Part shown: one piece after another, positions 12,201 to 23,822 of the stretch
How the letters are laid out: every line of letters starts with the position of its first letter
How positions within the stretch are numbered: position 1 is the first letter of the stretch
NCBI GenBank assembly: GCA_002269645.1
Contig: NIVC01000064.1
Location: 496,001-560,000, forward strand
Source: Macrostomum lignano
Lineage: Eukaryota
Length of the DNA stretch: 64,000 nt
Reading direction: 5' to 3'
Program-made: the position numbers and the translations under genes
The notes under the pieces: generated by a model
Databases searched by the model: none
Seen by the model: only the letters and a program-made list of their open reading frames with translations
What the model was told of the DNA's origin: nothing

Positions 12201-15200
12201 CACGCCAAGAATCCAGCTGTGCACCGGCCAATAGTGTCCGGCATTGTGCTCAACGGCATGAGCGATGCCAAGCCAAGGCAGCGTCAGATTGCCTGTCAGG
12301 CTTTGAACGCCTGGTGCGAGCAGGTCGGTCTGGCGTTATTAGCCGAAGGCGACCTGTTTGTTGAAGCTTTGCGCAAAGAGAATCCTTTTCTGCGGGCTGA
12401 GTTGCTGGGCTGGCTGGCTGAGAAGCTGATGGTGAGTCTTCTGAGCTTACCTGGCTATTCATATCCATCTACCTGGCTATTCATATCCATCTGCCTGGCT
12501 ATTCATATCTATCTGCCTGGCTATTCATATCCATCTGCCTGGCTATTCATATCCATCTGCCTGGCTATTCATATCCATCTGCCTGGCTATTCATATCCAT
12601 CTGCCTGGCTATTCATATCTATCTGCCTGGCTATTCATATCCATCTGCCTGGCTATTCATATCCATCTGCCTGGCTATTCATATCCATCTGCCTGGCTAT
12701 TCATATCCATCTGCCTGGCTATTCATATCCATCTGCCTGGCTATTCATATCTACCTGTGTGGCTATTCATATCCATCTGCCTGGCTATTCATATCTATCT
12801 GCCTGGCTATTCATATCTATCTACCTGGCTATTCATATCTATCTGCCTGGCTATTCATATCCATCTGCCTGGCTATTCATATCTATCTGCCTGGCTATTC
12901 ATATCCATCTGCCTGGCTATTCATATCCATCTGCCTGGCTATTCATATCCATCTGCCTGGCTATTCATATCCATCTGCCTGGCTATTCATATCCATCTGC
13001 CTGGCTATTCATATCTACCTGTGTGGCTATTCATATCCATCTGCCTGGCTATTCATATCTATCTGCCTGGCTATTCATATCTATCTACCTGGCTATTCAT
13101 ATCTATCTGCCTGGCTATTCATATCCATCTGCCTGGCTATTCATATCTATCTGCCTGGCTATTCATATCCATCTGCCTGGCTATTCATATCTATCTGCCT
13201 GGCTATTCATATCTATCTACCTGGCTATTTATATCTATCTGCCTGGCTATTCATATCCATCTGCCTGGCTATTCATATCCATCTGCCTGGCTATTCATAT
13301 CTATCTGCCTGGCTATTCATATCCATCTGCCTGGCTATTCATATCTATCTACCTGGCTATGCATATCTGTCTGCCTGGCTACCTAGTTAAGAATCTGCTA
13401 ATATACCTACCGATATGTTATCCCTCAACCAGGCGCACAAGAAGCCAATGCCGGCAGACTTCAAAGAGTGCCTGCCAACAATCCTCACCTGCTTATCCGA
13501 CCGTAGCGGCGACGTGCGCAAAAAAGCCACCGAGGCCATCGCACCGATAATCATCTGCATCGGCTGGGACTCGGTTATGCGAGCCTGGAAGAAGCTGCCC
13601 CCGGCTAGCCAAGGCGATGTGCGCGCCATACTGGACAAGGAGCGCGAGAAAGCCGCTGCCGAGGCGCCAACAGCGCCAGCGCCGGCTCGGGCGCCACCTC
13701 CGCCTGCTGCATCATCATCGAAGCCTTCGTCGGCAACGTCGACAAGTCGAAATGCGTCGGCCGGGGCTAAAAAATCGGCGACTAGAGCTAGCGAGGAGTC
13801 TTCGTCTGCAGGCGGCGGCGGAGGTGGCAGCGGCGCCGCTTCGAAGCGGAAATCCGGTTCGACTGCGGCTCTGTCTGCGGCCGCGGATAAAAAAGCTGCT
13901 GCCGCTGCTGCGGAGGATGCAGGTCCTATTGCGCCTATTCAGGTGTGCAAAATTAGTCAACCGAAAATGAAAAAAAATCGCCCTTGATGCCATGATTAGG
14001 AATCGCCCCTGAAGCCCTCATCAAGAATCGCCCTTGATGCCATGATTAGGAATCGTCCCTGAAGCCATGATTAGGAATCGTTCCTAAAGCCTTGATTAGG
14101 AATCGTCCCTAAAGCCATGATTAGGAATCGTTCCTAAAGCCATGATTAGGAATCGTTCCTAAATCCATGATTAGGAATCGTCCCTGAAGCCATGATTAGG
14201 AATCGTTCCTAAAGCCATGATTAGGAATCGTCCCTAAAGCCATGATTAGGAATCGTTCCTAAAGCCATGATTAACAATCGCCCCTGAAGCCATGAATAAT
14301 AATCGCCCTTGAAGCCATGATTAACAATCGCCCCTGAAGCCATAATTAAGAATCGTCCCTGAAGCCATGATTAAAAATTCCTCTGAAGCCATGATTAACA
14401 ATCGCCCCTGAAGCCATGATTAATAATCGCCCTTGAAGCCATGATTAACAATCGCCCCTGAAGCCATGATTAATAATCGCCCTTGAAGCCATGATTAACA
14501 ATCGCCCCTGAAGCCATGATTAATAATCGCCCTTGAAGCCATGATTAACAATCGCCCCTGAAGCCATGATTAATAATCGCCCTTGAAGCCATGATTAACA
14601 ATCGCCCCTGAAGCCCTCGTTAAGAATTGCCCTTGAAGCCCTCATTAAGAATCGCCCCTGAAGCCGTCATTAAGAATCGCCCCTAAAGCCCTTATTAAAA
14701 GTCACCCCTGAAGTCCCGGTCAATAATCGCCTCGGAAGTCCCGGTCAAGAATCACCCCTAAAGCCCCGGTCAATAATCACCCCTGAAGCCCCGGTCAAGA
14801 ATCGCCCCTGAAGCCCCGGTCAAGAATCGCCCCTGAAGCCCTCATTAAGTATCACCCCTGAAGTCCCTGTCAATAATCGCCCCTGAAGTCCCTGTCAATA
14901 ATCACCCCTGAAGCCCCGGTCAAGAATCGCCCCTGAAGTCCCTGTCAATAATCACCCCTGAAGCCCCGGTCAAGAATCGCTCCTGAAGCTCTCATTAAGA
15001 ATCGCCCCTAAGCCCCGATTAAGAATCGTTCTTAAAGAATCAGTTTTAAGACCTCGGCGAAAATTTGCCTCTGAAACACTAATTAAGAAGCTACAAAACT
15101 TCACCCGTCGCCATGGCAACCCAAATCCGCAGGTGAACAAGATGCGCGAGCAGCGCCTATCTGACGAGAAGAAGCGCAAGGTGCTGCGCTGGGATTTCAG

Positions 15201-18200
15201 TGGCGGCCAGCCCGAACGCGACCACATTCAGCAGCTGCAACGCCAAATGACTGACGCCGGATTCAGCAGCGAACTACTCGGCCAGCTGTTCCATCAGGAC
15301 TTCAGACAGCACATCAAGGCTATCGAGAGTCTGTCAGCCTATCTGGACAATGGCGGCGACGATGCGGCCGAAGGTCACAGGTGCAACGTTGACCTCATAT
15401 TGAAGTGGTCCGCTGCTCGATTCTACGATACTAATCCCAGCATGGTGATGCGATGCTTAGAGTATCTGAATCGCCTGTTCCAAGTGATGATGGACAGAGA
15501 ATGGCTGCTCAACGACAGCGATGCCCAGGCATTCTTTCCGCATCTGTTGATTAAATTGGGCGAGCCGAAAGATGTCATCAGGCGCGACGTGAAATCGCTG
15601 TTTGGCAAAGCTAATCGAGTCTATCCAGCCAGCAAGCTGTTTCTGTACTTTATGGACGGATTAGCCGCTAAGAGTGCCAAGCAGAGGCAGGAGTGTCTGG
15701 ACGAGTTGGGAAAAATTATACAGGTGAGTTTTTCCATGTTATTTAAGGGCCGATTCGGAGGGAATTTAAGGGCCGATTCTGAGGGAATTCAAGGGCCGAT
15801 TCTGAGGGAATTTAATGACCAATTCTGAGGGAATTTAAGGACCGATTCTGAGGGAATTTAATGACCGATTCTGAGGGGATTTAATAACCGATTCTGAGGG
15901 AATTTAATGACCGATTCTGAGAGAATTTAGGGCCAATTTTAAGGGAATTTAGGGCTAATAATGAGGGGAATTCAAGGGCCGATTCTGGGGGGAATTTGAA
16001 GTCCGATTCTGAAGAAACTTAAAGGGCCGATTCTGAGGGGAATTCAGGGGCCGATTTTGAGGAGAATTTAAGGACCGATTCTGAGGGAATTGGAGGGGCC
16101 GATTCTGAGGGAATTCGAGGCCCGATTCTGAGGGAATTTGTGGGCCGATCCTGAGGGAATTCGAGGGCCGATTCTGAGGGAATTCTAGGGCCGATTCTGA
16201 GGGAATTTGAGGGCCGATTCTGAGGAAATTTAAAGGCCGATTCTCAGTTTTTAAGTTCCAATTCTAAGGGCCGATTCTGAGGGAATCAGCTAACTAACTT
16301 TAACTAACTAACCAGCCATCCGCCATCACCCGGCCGCAGGTGCAAGGCATCGGTGTCTGCCAGCCCACGCCAGCACAGGCGATGAAAGCCATCGCCAAAC
16401 AGATTGGCGACCGAGACAATGGCGTACGCAACGCCGCTCTCAACACTCTGTTAGTAGCCTATCGGTTCATTGGCGAGCCGCTGCTGAAAATGGTCGAACC
16501 AATGCAAGAGAAAGATCGCAGCATGCTGGAGGAGCGGATACGCAGGCAGGGCTCCAGTGGCGGCGCTCTGTCCGGTTCAACTGCCGACATTCCGGCATCG
16601 TCGGCTAGAGAATCGACGCCGCCAAAGTCTAGCGGTGTTGGCTCGAATTCTGCGACAACAAGCCGACCTGGGACTGCGCCGTCAGCGTCGGCTGCGCCTG
16701 CTCAGGTGAATTCAGCGACAATCACCCGACGCGGAGGTGGCGGCGGCGGAGGTGGTGGCGGAAGCGGCGGCGGCATGTTTCAGCTGGAAGCGCCGGAACT
16801 GGACCCGATGCCAGTTGTGCCAGGCGACTCCGAGTACGACATGAACGCCGAGGAAGAGGAGATGAATCGGCCGGTTGAGTTTCCCAAGTTGGCGTGAGTT
16901 TGGCGAGAATTTTCTTTCACATGGGAACTGTCTAATTAGGAGCGCGGACACTTCGACGGGGTCGAAAAATTTCACATGCGGCCCGCATTTGAAATATCCG
17001 GCCTTTGGGTCCTTTGAAACTCGATCTACGCAGGGGAAGAACACGAACAGAGAGAAATAGAAACAGGGGACAGGAACAGGGGGAACAGGAACAAGGAAGC
17101 ACAGGAACAGGAGAGCACAGGAACGGGGGAGAACAGGAACGGGGGAGAACAGAAACAGGGGAGAACAGGAACAGGGAAGCATAGGAACAGGGAAGCACAG
17201 GAACAGGGGAGAACAGGAACAGGGAAGCATAGGAACAGGGAAGCACAGGAACAGGGGAGAACAGGAACAGGGAAGCATAGGAACAGGGAAGCATAGGAAC
17301 AGGGGAGCACAGGAACAGGGGAGAACAGGCACAGGAAGCACAGTAACAGGGGAGAAAAGGAACAGGGAAGCATAGGAACAGGGGAGAACAGCAACAGGGA
17401 AGCACAGGAACAGGGGAGAACAGCAACAGGGAAGCACAGGAACAGGGGAGAACAGCAACAGGGAAGCACAGGAACAGGAAAGCATAGGAACAGGGGAAAA
17501 AAGGAACAGGGAAGCACAGGAACAGGGGAGAACAGGCACAGGAAGCACAGTAACAGGAAAGCACAGGAACAGGGGAGAACAGGCACAGGGAAGCATAGGA
17601 ACAGGGGAGAAAAGGAACAGGGAAGCACAGGAACAGGGGAGAACAGGAACAGGGAAGCATAAAAACATGGAAGCATAGGAACAGGGGAGAAAAGGAACAG
17701 GGAAGCACAGGAACAGGGGAGAACAGCAACAGGGGAGAACAGCAACAGGGGAGAACAGCAACAGGGAAGCACAGGAACAGGGGAGAAAAGCAACAGGGAA
17801 GCACAGGAACAGGAAAGCATAGGAACAGGGGAAAAAAGGAACAGGGAAGCACAGGAAAAGGGGAGAACAGGCACAGGAAGCACAGGAACAAGGAAGCATA
17901 GGAACAGGGAGAACAGGAAAATTAACAAACCGGAAAGGTCTTACAGTGGGGACAAAGAAGCATGAGTGAGAACCCATGCCTGACTGGAATGCATAAAGCT
18001 TTGTACCTGGCAATGCATGTCTCCTACAACAGGCGCAAACCGGCCGAGGAAGACCTGACACTGAAGAGCAGTCCAGACGCTTTCACGGCTATCACTCACG
18101 TCATCACCCAGGTGTCATCTACAGATTCCAAGCTAGTCTGTTCAGCTGTTCGTCAACTAATCGAAGTAATGCTAGACGAAGATCGCTGCAAATTGCTCAG

Positions 18201-20811
18201 CGGTCACGTGGATCCCATCCTGCTAGCCGTGACCAATCAGATCAGCTTGAACACTGAGCCAGCAGATCCTGTTGGCACTCTCGATCTGCTGAGATCGTTG
18301 CTCTATTGTCTGTCTACCGTGTTTCACGTGGCCGTCTTGGCTAAGTGCGCCAGCAAAGACCGGCTCAAGTCTGTGTTTCAGGTATGCAATGCAAGCATTT
18401 TTGGGTGATGATGACAGGCTTAGTTCTTTTTGAAAGATAAGGATGGGAAGCTGAGGTGCTCAGGGATGAAGATGGGAAGCTGAGGTGCTTAGGGATGAAT
18501 ATAGGGGAAGCTGAGGTGCTCAGGGATGAAGATGGGAACTGAGGTGCTCAGGGATGAAGATGGGAAGCTGAGGTGCTCAGGGATGAAGATGGGAACTGAG
18601 GTGCTCAGGGATGAAGATGGGGAAAGCTGAGGTGCTCAGGGATGACGATGGGAACTGAGGGGCTCAGGGATGAATATAGGGGAAGCTGAGGTGCTCAGGG
18701 ATGAAGATATGGGAAGCTGAGGTGCTCAGGGATGAATATAGGGGAAGCTGAGGTGCTCAGGGATGAAGATATGGGAAGCTGAGGTGCTCAGGGATGAAGA
18801 TAGTTGGAAGCTGAGGTGCTCAAGGATGAAGATGGGAAACGGAGGTGCTCAGGAATGAAGATTGGGAAGACAGGAAGAAAATCTCCTTCACTCCCTCCTC
18901 CAGTCGGCCATATCCCTGGTGATCTCGGACTCGCTGACCCGGCTGGACCCGTCTGACGCGGATCACGTGAACCGCACTGTGAACCAGCTATGCGCCAGCG
19001 TCATCGCCAACGCCGATCGCACCCGGGTGCTGCTCAGCCTGCTCCGCTCCCTCTACGAATGCGTGGATCGAGTCGGTTTCTCCCAGCTATTCACTGAGCT
19101 CAACATCAAATGCCTCTGGCGAATCACTCGCGAACTAGACAAACACGTGGCCGAATACGATTGGGACTCCGTACTGGCTGAGTGCAACGCCTTTCTAACC
19201 AGCTTCCCCTTGGAGAGCTGGCAGCAGCCTGACGGCGACGCCCCTCTGCGGGCGGTCACCAATCTGCTGCATAAGCTGTGCCAGCTGAAGGGCCGAGATG
19301 TGAGTGGGGGGTGACGGCTGGGAGGGGGCGGTGAGGGCTAGTGGGTTTTTTACTGTCGGTATGTTGCGTAAATTAATTATTAGCAGTAGTTAAAGAGACC
19401 CATTAGACTAATATTAGGGTGAGAGAGAAAAGTGAGATTAGACGGATATAAAAAAGATACGACAGATACGAAGCTGAGACTTAACGGATTGGAGGGTGAG
19501 ATTAGCCAAATTGGAGGGTGAGATTAGACAGATTGGAGGGTGAGATTAGCCAAATTGGAGGGTGAGATTAGACAGATTGGAGGGTGAGATTAGACAGATT
19601 GGAGGGTGAGATTAGCCAAATTGGAGGGTGAGATTAGACAGATTGGAGGGTGAGATTAGACAGATTGGAGGGTGAGATTAGACGGATCGGAGAGTGATAT
19701 TAAACGGATTGGAGGGTGAGATTAGACGGATTGAAGAGTGAGATCGGATGCATTTGAGGTTGAGAATGGATGGATTGAGCAGCGTGAGATTAGAGAGGCA
19801 GGTCGCATATCAAAGCTCACACACAGGTCACTAGCAAGAAGCCCATCAGTTATTGAGCAACCTGTAACCCAGGCAACTGCAATCGCGCACACTGCAAAAC
19901 AACTCTGTTTACATCTCCAGGTGACTCACCACCTGACTCAGATACCGAACTGTCAAGACTCGCAGGTGGCTGCCTATCTGGCCCGCTGCCTTCGCAGCCT
20001 GCCTCATCAGCCTCAGCAGCCTCATCAGCAGCCTCAGCAGCAACGCCAGCAGCAGTCACAGCCAGCCCCCCAGCTGGGCCGGTCAGCCAAGCACGAGAAG
20101 CTGGTTGAAATATTCAAAAAGATCGGCTCCAAAGAGAATACTCGCGAGGGCCTCAACGAGCTTTACGACTTTAAGCAGGCTAATCCGGACACAGATTTGA
20201 AGCCGTATCTAAGCAAGGCTAGCGCATTTTTCAATCGCTATATTGAGCAGGGATTGCGCAGTATTGAGAAGGAACGGCTACGAGCCGCTGAGCAGCAGCA
20301 GCAACAGCAGCAGGCTGTGTCAGCCCTGATGTCAACAGGCGGCCAGCTGCCAAAGGGCAGCGGAGGTCAGCTGGCCTCGGAGATGCTGGCTAAGCTGCGC
20401 GAGTTCGAGCGGACTCACCTGTTGAATCACAGCCAACCGGATCAGCTGACAGTTGGCGCTGCCGGCGCCCGGCTGCCCACTGCTCAGGAGATGCTAGATT
20501 CGTTGAAGAAGTTCCAGTCTAGCTATCTGACACAGGCGGATCAGCTGAGCTCGCAGCAGTCTGGTCAGCAGCAGCAGCAGCAGCAGCAACTGCAGTCGCA
20601 ACAGTCAACAAATTCGGATGACAATCAGCAGCACCAACAACAGCAGCCAACTGTAAGCAGTCGGCATCTGTCGGCGCCATCCCCAGATGCTTCCTCGGCG
20701 GCCGCTGGTCGGCAACAGTCGGGCGGCCAGGTGTCCGCGCAGGATCTCATGGATTTGAAGGCCCGATTGGATCGGGTGAAGCGGGGCTCTCAGCATTCTG
20801 TTAGAAAGTAG
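3218..20811 (+). CDS. CKAP5: XMAP215/ch-TOG family microtubule polymerase (CKAP5/mini spindles orthologue), 14 coding exons, 2134 aa
   Basis: 14 GT-AG exons join in frame (6405 nt including stop). Translation matches ch-TOG landmarks throughout: KWDARKAGYQEA, LMYIEIEK, RYLRSQQ, KKWQERKEAL, KNPKNQSEALNWL, ENPFLRAELLGWLAEKL, GEPKDVIRRDVK, IGDRDNGVRNAALNT, KIGSKENTREGLNELYDFK and C-terminal DLKARLDRVK. Confidence 0.97.
3385..4262. repeat. 33-bp minisatellite in CKAP5 intron 1 (GATCTGATGTATCTTTAGATAGGTGAACACTCA)
   Basis: Direct tandem copies. Confidence 0.95.
4302..4492 (+). CDS. CKAP5: CKAP5 exon 2 (TOG1 start)
   Basis: CACAG|AAATGG acceptor; KWDARKAGY...ENAKVAGK; AA|GTAAGA donor, phase 2. Confidence 0.93.
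4540..5845. repeat. ~20-bp minisatellite in CKAP5 intron 2 (GATGGGATTACACTGACCCA and variants)
   Basis: Direct tandem copies with duplicated variant blocks. Confidence 0.95.
5898..6224 (+). CDS. CKAP5: CKAP5 exon 3 (TOG1)
   Basis: CTCACAG acceptor; KARTKELAQSILLMYIEIEK; AG|GTAAGA donor, phase 2. Confidence 0.95.
6240..6815. repeat. 27-bp G/A-rich minisatellite in CKAP5 intron 3 (GAGAGAGTGAACAGGGGAGGGTTAGTG)
   Basis: Direct tandem copies. Confidence 0.95.
6880..7246 (+). CDS. CKAP5: CKAP5 exon 4 (TOG1-TOG2 linker, TOG2 start)
   Basis: CATCAG acceptor; RYLRSQQ and KKWQERKEAL; CAG|GTGCGG donor. Confidence 0.93.
7300..7770. repeat. 22-bp minisatellite in CKAP5 intron 4 (CTGGTCACTCTTGGTTTCTCTT)
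   Basis: Direct tandem copies. Confidence 0.95.
7814..8263 (+). CDS. CKAP5: CKAP5 exon 5 (TOG2)
   Basis: TCCAG acceptor; GKDSNLVLV and LEKFKERK; CAG|GTGAGA donor. Confidence 0.95.
8275..9578. repeat. 27/28-bp minisatellite in CKAP5 intron 5 (GTTGCTGAGTTGACCTCTCAGATCCTCA)
   Basis: Direct tandem copies; 28-bp units dominate 5', a 27-bp run lies 3'. Confidence 0.95.
9626..10246 (+). CDS. CKAP5: CKAP5 exon 6 (TOG2 end, linker, TOG3 start)
   Basis: TTCCAG acceptor; ALGTAMKVIGE and KPGLKDNNFQ; CAG|GTAAGG donor. Confidence 0.95.
10320..10998. repeat. 16/17-bp minisatellite in CKAP5 intron 6 (GTGAAGCTTGTGGGATT)
   Basis: Direct tandem copies. Confidence 0.95.
11083..11772 (+). CDS. CKAP5: CKAP5 exon 7 (TOG3, TOG4 start)
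   Basis: CCACAG acceptor; KNPKNQSEALNWL and EKPALLQQID; AAG|GTGAGC donor. Confidence 0.95.
12024..12431 (+). CDS. CKAP5: CKAP5 exon 8 (TOG4)
   Basis: TTTTTAG acceptor; IRKEGLDEV and ENPFLRAELLGWLAEKL; ATG|GTGAGT donor. Confidence 0.95.
12448..13385. repeat. 22-bp minisatellite in CKAP5 intron 8 (CTGGCTATTCATATCCATCTGC)
   Basis: Direct tandem copies. Confidence 0.95.
13433..13942 (+). CDS. CKAP5: CKAP5 exon 9 (TOG4 end and basic linker)
   Basis: AACCAG acceptor; CLSDRSGDVRKKA; CAG|GTGTGC donor. Confidence 0.92.
13975..15035. repeat. 25-bp minisatellite in CKAP5 intron 9 with a sequence gradient
   Basis: GAAGCCATGATTAGGAATCGTCCCT grades into GAAGCCCCGGTCAAGAATCGCCCCT. Confidence 0.93.
15133..15723 (+). 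CDS. CKAP5: CKAP5 exon 10 (TOG5)
   Basis: CCGCAG acceptor; KVLRWDF, DLILKW and GEPKDVIR; CAG|GTGAGT donor. Confidence 0.95.
15740..16285. repeat. 23/24-bp degenerate minisatellite in CKAP5 intron 10 (GGGCCGATTCTGAGGGAATTTAA)
   Basis: Direct tandem copies. Confidence 0.9.
16340..16893 (+). CDS. CKAP5: CKAP5 exon 11 (TOG5 end)
   Basis: CCGCAG acceptor; GVCQPTP and IGDRDNGVRNAALN; GC|GTGAGT donor, phase 2. Confidence 0.92.
17050..17925. repeat. 16-bp purine-rich minisatellite in CKAP5 intron 11 (GGAACAGGGAAGCACA / GGAACAGGGGAGAACA)
   Basis: Alternating variant units. Confidence 0.93.
18033..18381 (+). CDS. CKAP5: CKAP5 exon 12
   Basis: CAACAG acceptor restores the frame after phase 2; CAG|GTATGC donor; helical C-terminal domain sequence (LLSGHVDPIL). 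Confidence 0.85.
18440..18870. repeat. ~29-bp minisatellite in CKAP5 intron 12 (GGGAAGCTGAGGTGCTCAGGGATGAAGAT)
   Basis: Direct tandem copies. Confidence 0.93.
18904..19299 (+). CDS. CKAP5: CKAP5 exon 13
   Basis: CTCCAG acceptor; FTELNIKCLWR and LLHKLCQLKG; GAT|GTGAGT donor. Confidence 0.9.
19490..19790. repeat. 22-bp minisatellite in CKAP5 intron 13 (GATTGGAGGGTGAGATTAGACA)
   Basis: Direct tandem copies. Confidence 0.92.
19921..20811 (+). CDS. CKAP5: CKAP5 exon 14 (C-terminal domain, polyQ, stop)
   Basis: CTCCAG acceptor; LVEIFKKIGSKENTREGLNELYDFK; ends DLKARLDRVKRGSQHSVRK-TAG. Confidence 0.93.
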   Translation: MTHHLTQIPNCQDSQVAAYLARCLRSLPHQPQQPHQQPQQQRQQQSQPAPQLGRSAKHEKLVEIFKKIGSKENTREGLNELYDFKQANPDTDLKPYLSKASAFFNRYIEQGLRSIEKERLRAAEQQQQQQQAVSALMSTGGQLPKGSGGQLASEMLAKLREFERTHLLNHSQPDQLTVGAAGARLPTAQEMLDSLKKFQSSYLTQADQLSSQQSGQQQQQQQQLQSQQSTNSDDNQQHQQQQPTVSSRHLSAPSPDASSAAAGRQQSGGQVSAQDLMDLKARLDRVKRGSQHSVRK

Positions 20812-20929
20812 GCGCTTGCGTTTTTGCATGGACTATTAAATATTTGTCTATGTTCCACTCTTCCGTTGGTTTTCTTCGGTGTCCCAAGACTGTCAGTGTG
20901 TTTTATAGTAACTCTTTGATTGTCTGATT

Positions 20930-21605
20930 CCATTCTGACAGGAATCTTAGAGATTGTCTGACCCCATCCTGACAGGAATCTTAGGATTGTCTGACCCCAT
21001 CCTGACAGGAATCTTAGGATTGTCTGACCCCATAATGACAGCAATCTTAGGATTGTCTGACCCCATCCTGACAGGAATCTTAGGATTGTCTGACCCCATA
21101 ATGACAGCAATCTTAGGATTGTCTGACCCCATAATGACAGCAATCTTAGGATTGTCTGACCCCATAATGACAGCAATCTTTCAGTCATCTGACCCCATCC
21201 TGACAAGAATATTTCAGTCATCTGACCCCATCCTGACAAGAATCTTTCAGTCATCTGACCCCATCCTGACAAGAATCTTTCAGTCATCTGACCCCATCCT
21301 GACAAGAATCTTTCAGTCATCTGACCCCATCCTGACAAGAATCTTTCAGTCATCTGACCCCATCCTGACAAGAAACCTTCGACATCCTGACCGGAATCTT
21401 TCAGTCATCTGACCCCATCCTGACAAGAAACCTTCGACATCCTGACAGGAATCTTTCAGTCATCTGACCCCATCCTGACAGGAATCTTAGGATTGTCTGA
21501 CCCCATCCTGACGGGAATCTTTCAGTCATCTGACCCCATCCTGACAAGAATCCTGAGGTCCTCTGACCCCATCCTGACATGAGTGCTGACACTATCTGAC
21601 CCAGT
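20930..21605. repeat. 33-bp minisatellite just 3' of the CKAP5 stop
   Basis: TCTGACCCCATCCTGACAGGAATCTTAGGATTG, with a second variant class carrying AATCTTTCAGTCA; possible poly(A) signals ATTAAA (~20835) before and AATAAA (~21668) after. Confidence 0.93.
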
Positions 21606-22919
21606 CTAACAAACTTAACGCTTAATTTCTACACGAATTTGATATAGTTTGTTTGCATTCAGCTTGTAATAAATTTTGATTCAATTTTTAATCCATGCAT
21701 ACACACCACACTACTTATCTCTGTTATTAGTAGTACACGTAACGAATTATCAAATCCATAAGCCACTGTTTGTGTTGCTGTGCAAAAAACCCATTAGTAT
21801 AATTGCTTCCAGTTGCTCTATCAGACAATGACAGAATTGCCTGTGTCGGTGCGGTTGTGTGCTTTTTAATGTCAATATGTACTTTTATTAGTCCCAGCCG
21901 CGCTTTGATTGCCTTCAATTATCAGTGCATGTTTTTATGATACATTTATATATATATGCATATATACTTGTAATCTCCCTTAACCAGCTGAGCCGGCTTG
22001 TCTAGCTACTTCTTGCGTGTACATACCCTACTACTACTACTACTGGCACTGATATAGTAGTATCATAAGCATCATAATTGCTTGCTTGACAAAAACTTTT
22101 TTTAAACACAAATTTTCACATAAGTTGCCAGACTTTAAATAATAAAATTATTTATAAATCATAACTCAGCTTCAGTATTTTATGGCGCACCTTCCTCAGC
22201 ACCCCCCATCGGGAAGTTCACCCGCTTAGCCTTAATTAATCAGTTAATCGGTTTGGACTTTATTTTTTCATTGTTTTTAATCAGTTATTAATAAATATGT
22301 TTATTTTCCTAAACGCTTTCCTATGTCAGCTGCATTTAGTTGTCAAGTTGAAATTATTTGCTGTATGTCATCCTAAATAGTCGTAAATATCTCTTTGTTT
22401 CTTTATTACTCAGCCACAGAAGTTTCAACGCACAGCCTTCATTTGTTTTATTCAATTCTAGTTGCTATGCGTTGCTTTGCCTGTTTTAATCCGGTTTTAT
22501 ATTGTTTTAATTCTACCTGGCGCACCTGTCTGTTCCAGACTCTCTAAACCTTCATCAGTAGTCTGTTTGCTTTGACATTTCTCTCAATTTTTATTTTTTT
22601 ATTTTGAAACACTATAATATATAACTAAAGCTTCCATTTCCAGGCCTTGGCTGTCCGAATGTCCCAGCTTATAACCTTTGTATTGTGTCATCGCGTGTGC
22701 ATATATTGCTCTATTATTAATATAATTATTTAAAAAATGCCGACAAAAGGGAAATTTTCAATTATTTTTTCGGAAACAAAACAACCTGTGTGTGTGTTAA
22801 GTTCCTTTTTTCATTGACTGAAAATTTGCGGAACTAGTTTTATTGTTGTTTGTCATTTATTTGATTTTGATTTATATAGAGCTTCGTGGACTGGTGGAAT
22901 GGTGGGGTTTGAATGGCCC

Positions 22920-23225
22920 TTCAATGTACATTTAGGGTTGGGTGTTGGAATTTCCCGCCAATGTACATTCAGAGTGGGTGTTGGAATTTCCCGCCAATGT
23001 ACATTCAGAGTGGGTGTTGGAATTTCCCTCCAATGTACATTCAGAGTGGGGTGTTGGAATTTCCCGCCAATGTACATTCAGAGTGGGTGTTGGAATTTCC
23101 CTCCAATGTACATTCAGAGTGGGGTGTTGGAATTTCCCTCCAATGTACATTCAGAGTGGGTGATGGAATTTCCCTCCAATGTACATTCAGAGTGGGTGTT
23201 GGAATTTCCCGCCAATGTACATTAG
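22920..23225. repeat. 36/37-bp minisatellite (TTGGAATTTCCCGCCAATGTACATTCAGAGTGGGTG)
   Basis: About 8 tandem copies. Confidence 0.93.
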
Positions 23226-23822
23226 GTGTCAGGAATAAAAGAATATATTTAAACAAAAATGTTTGCATTTACAGAGTGGATTTAAGAAATAATTGCTTTC
23301 CCTATTTAAACGGGAATTCGACATTACCAATAGGATAAAGTGCGCACAATCATATTCGGCTACTTGCAGTAGGCGGGTACGGTTGAATGGAACTGATCAG
23401 TGATCAGATGTCCAAAATTTCTTTTAATTATTCGCTAAAATATGACATCGAATCCGTGTGAGCACTGCAGTCAAGTCTAAATCTCGCTAATGCGCTCCGC
23501 CTCCACAGTTTGGTCGGAAATTAATTTTTTTAATTCCCTAGCTATATCCCCGCTCTTCTAATCCTTCTGGGCGGCTGCCCATAGGACTTGAGGCTTTGGA
23601 TTTTTAATCAGCGCAGAGTCATGGGATCAGAGCTGTTTGAGGCGTCAAAGAATTCCGGCAATTACAGCTGGCAGGTATCGGATGGCGGCTAATCTACCGA
23701 GTAATCTTTCGGATTGGATTGCGATCGCAGACTAAGAAGAGTTCGCATGCAATGCGTTTGCTTTTTTGTGCACGATTTTTCTTTATTGCCTATGCATGCA
23801 TATTGCAGGTACTCTCTTGTCT

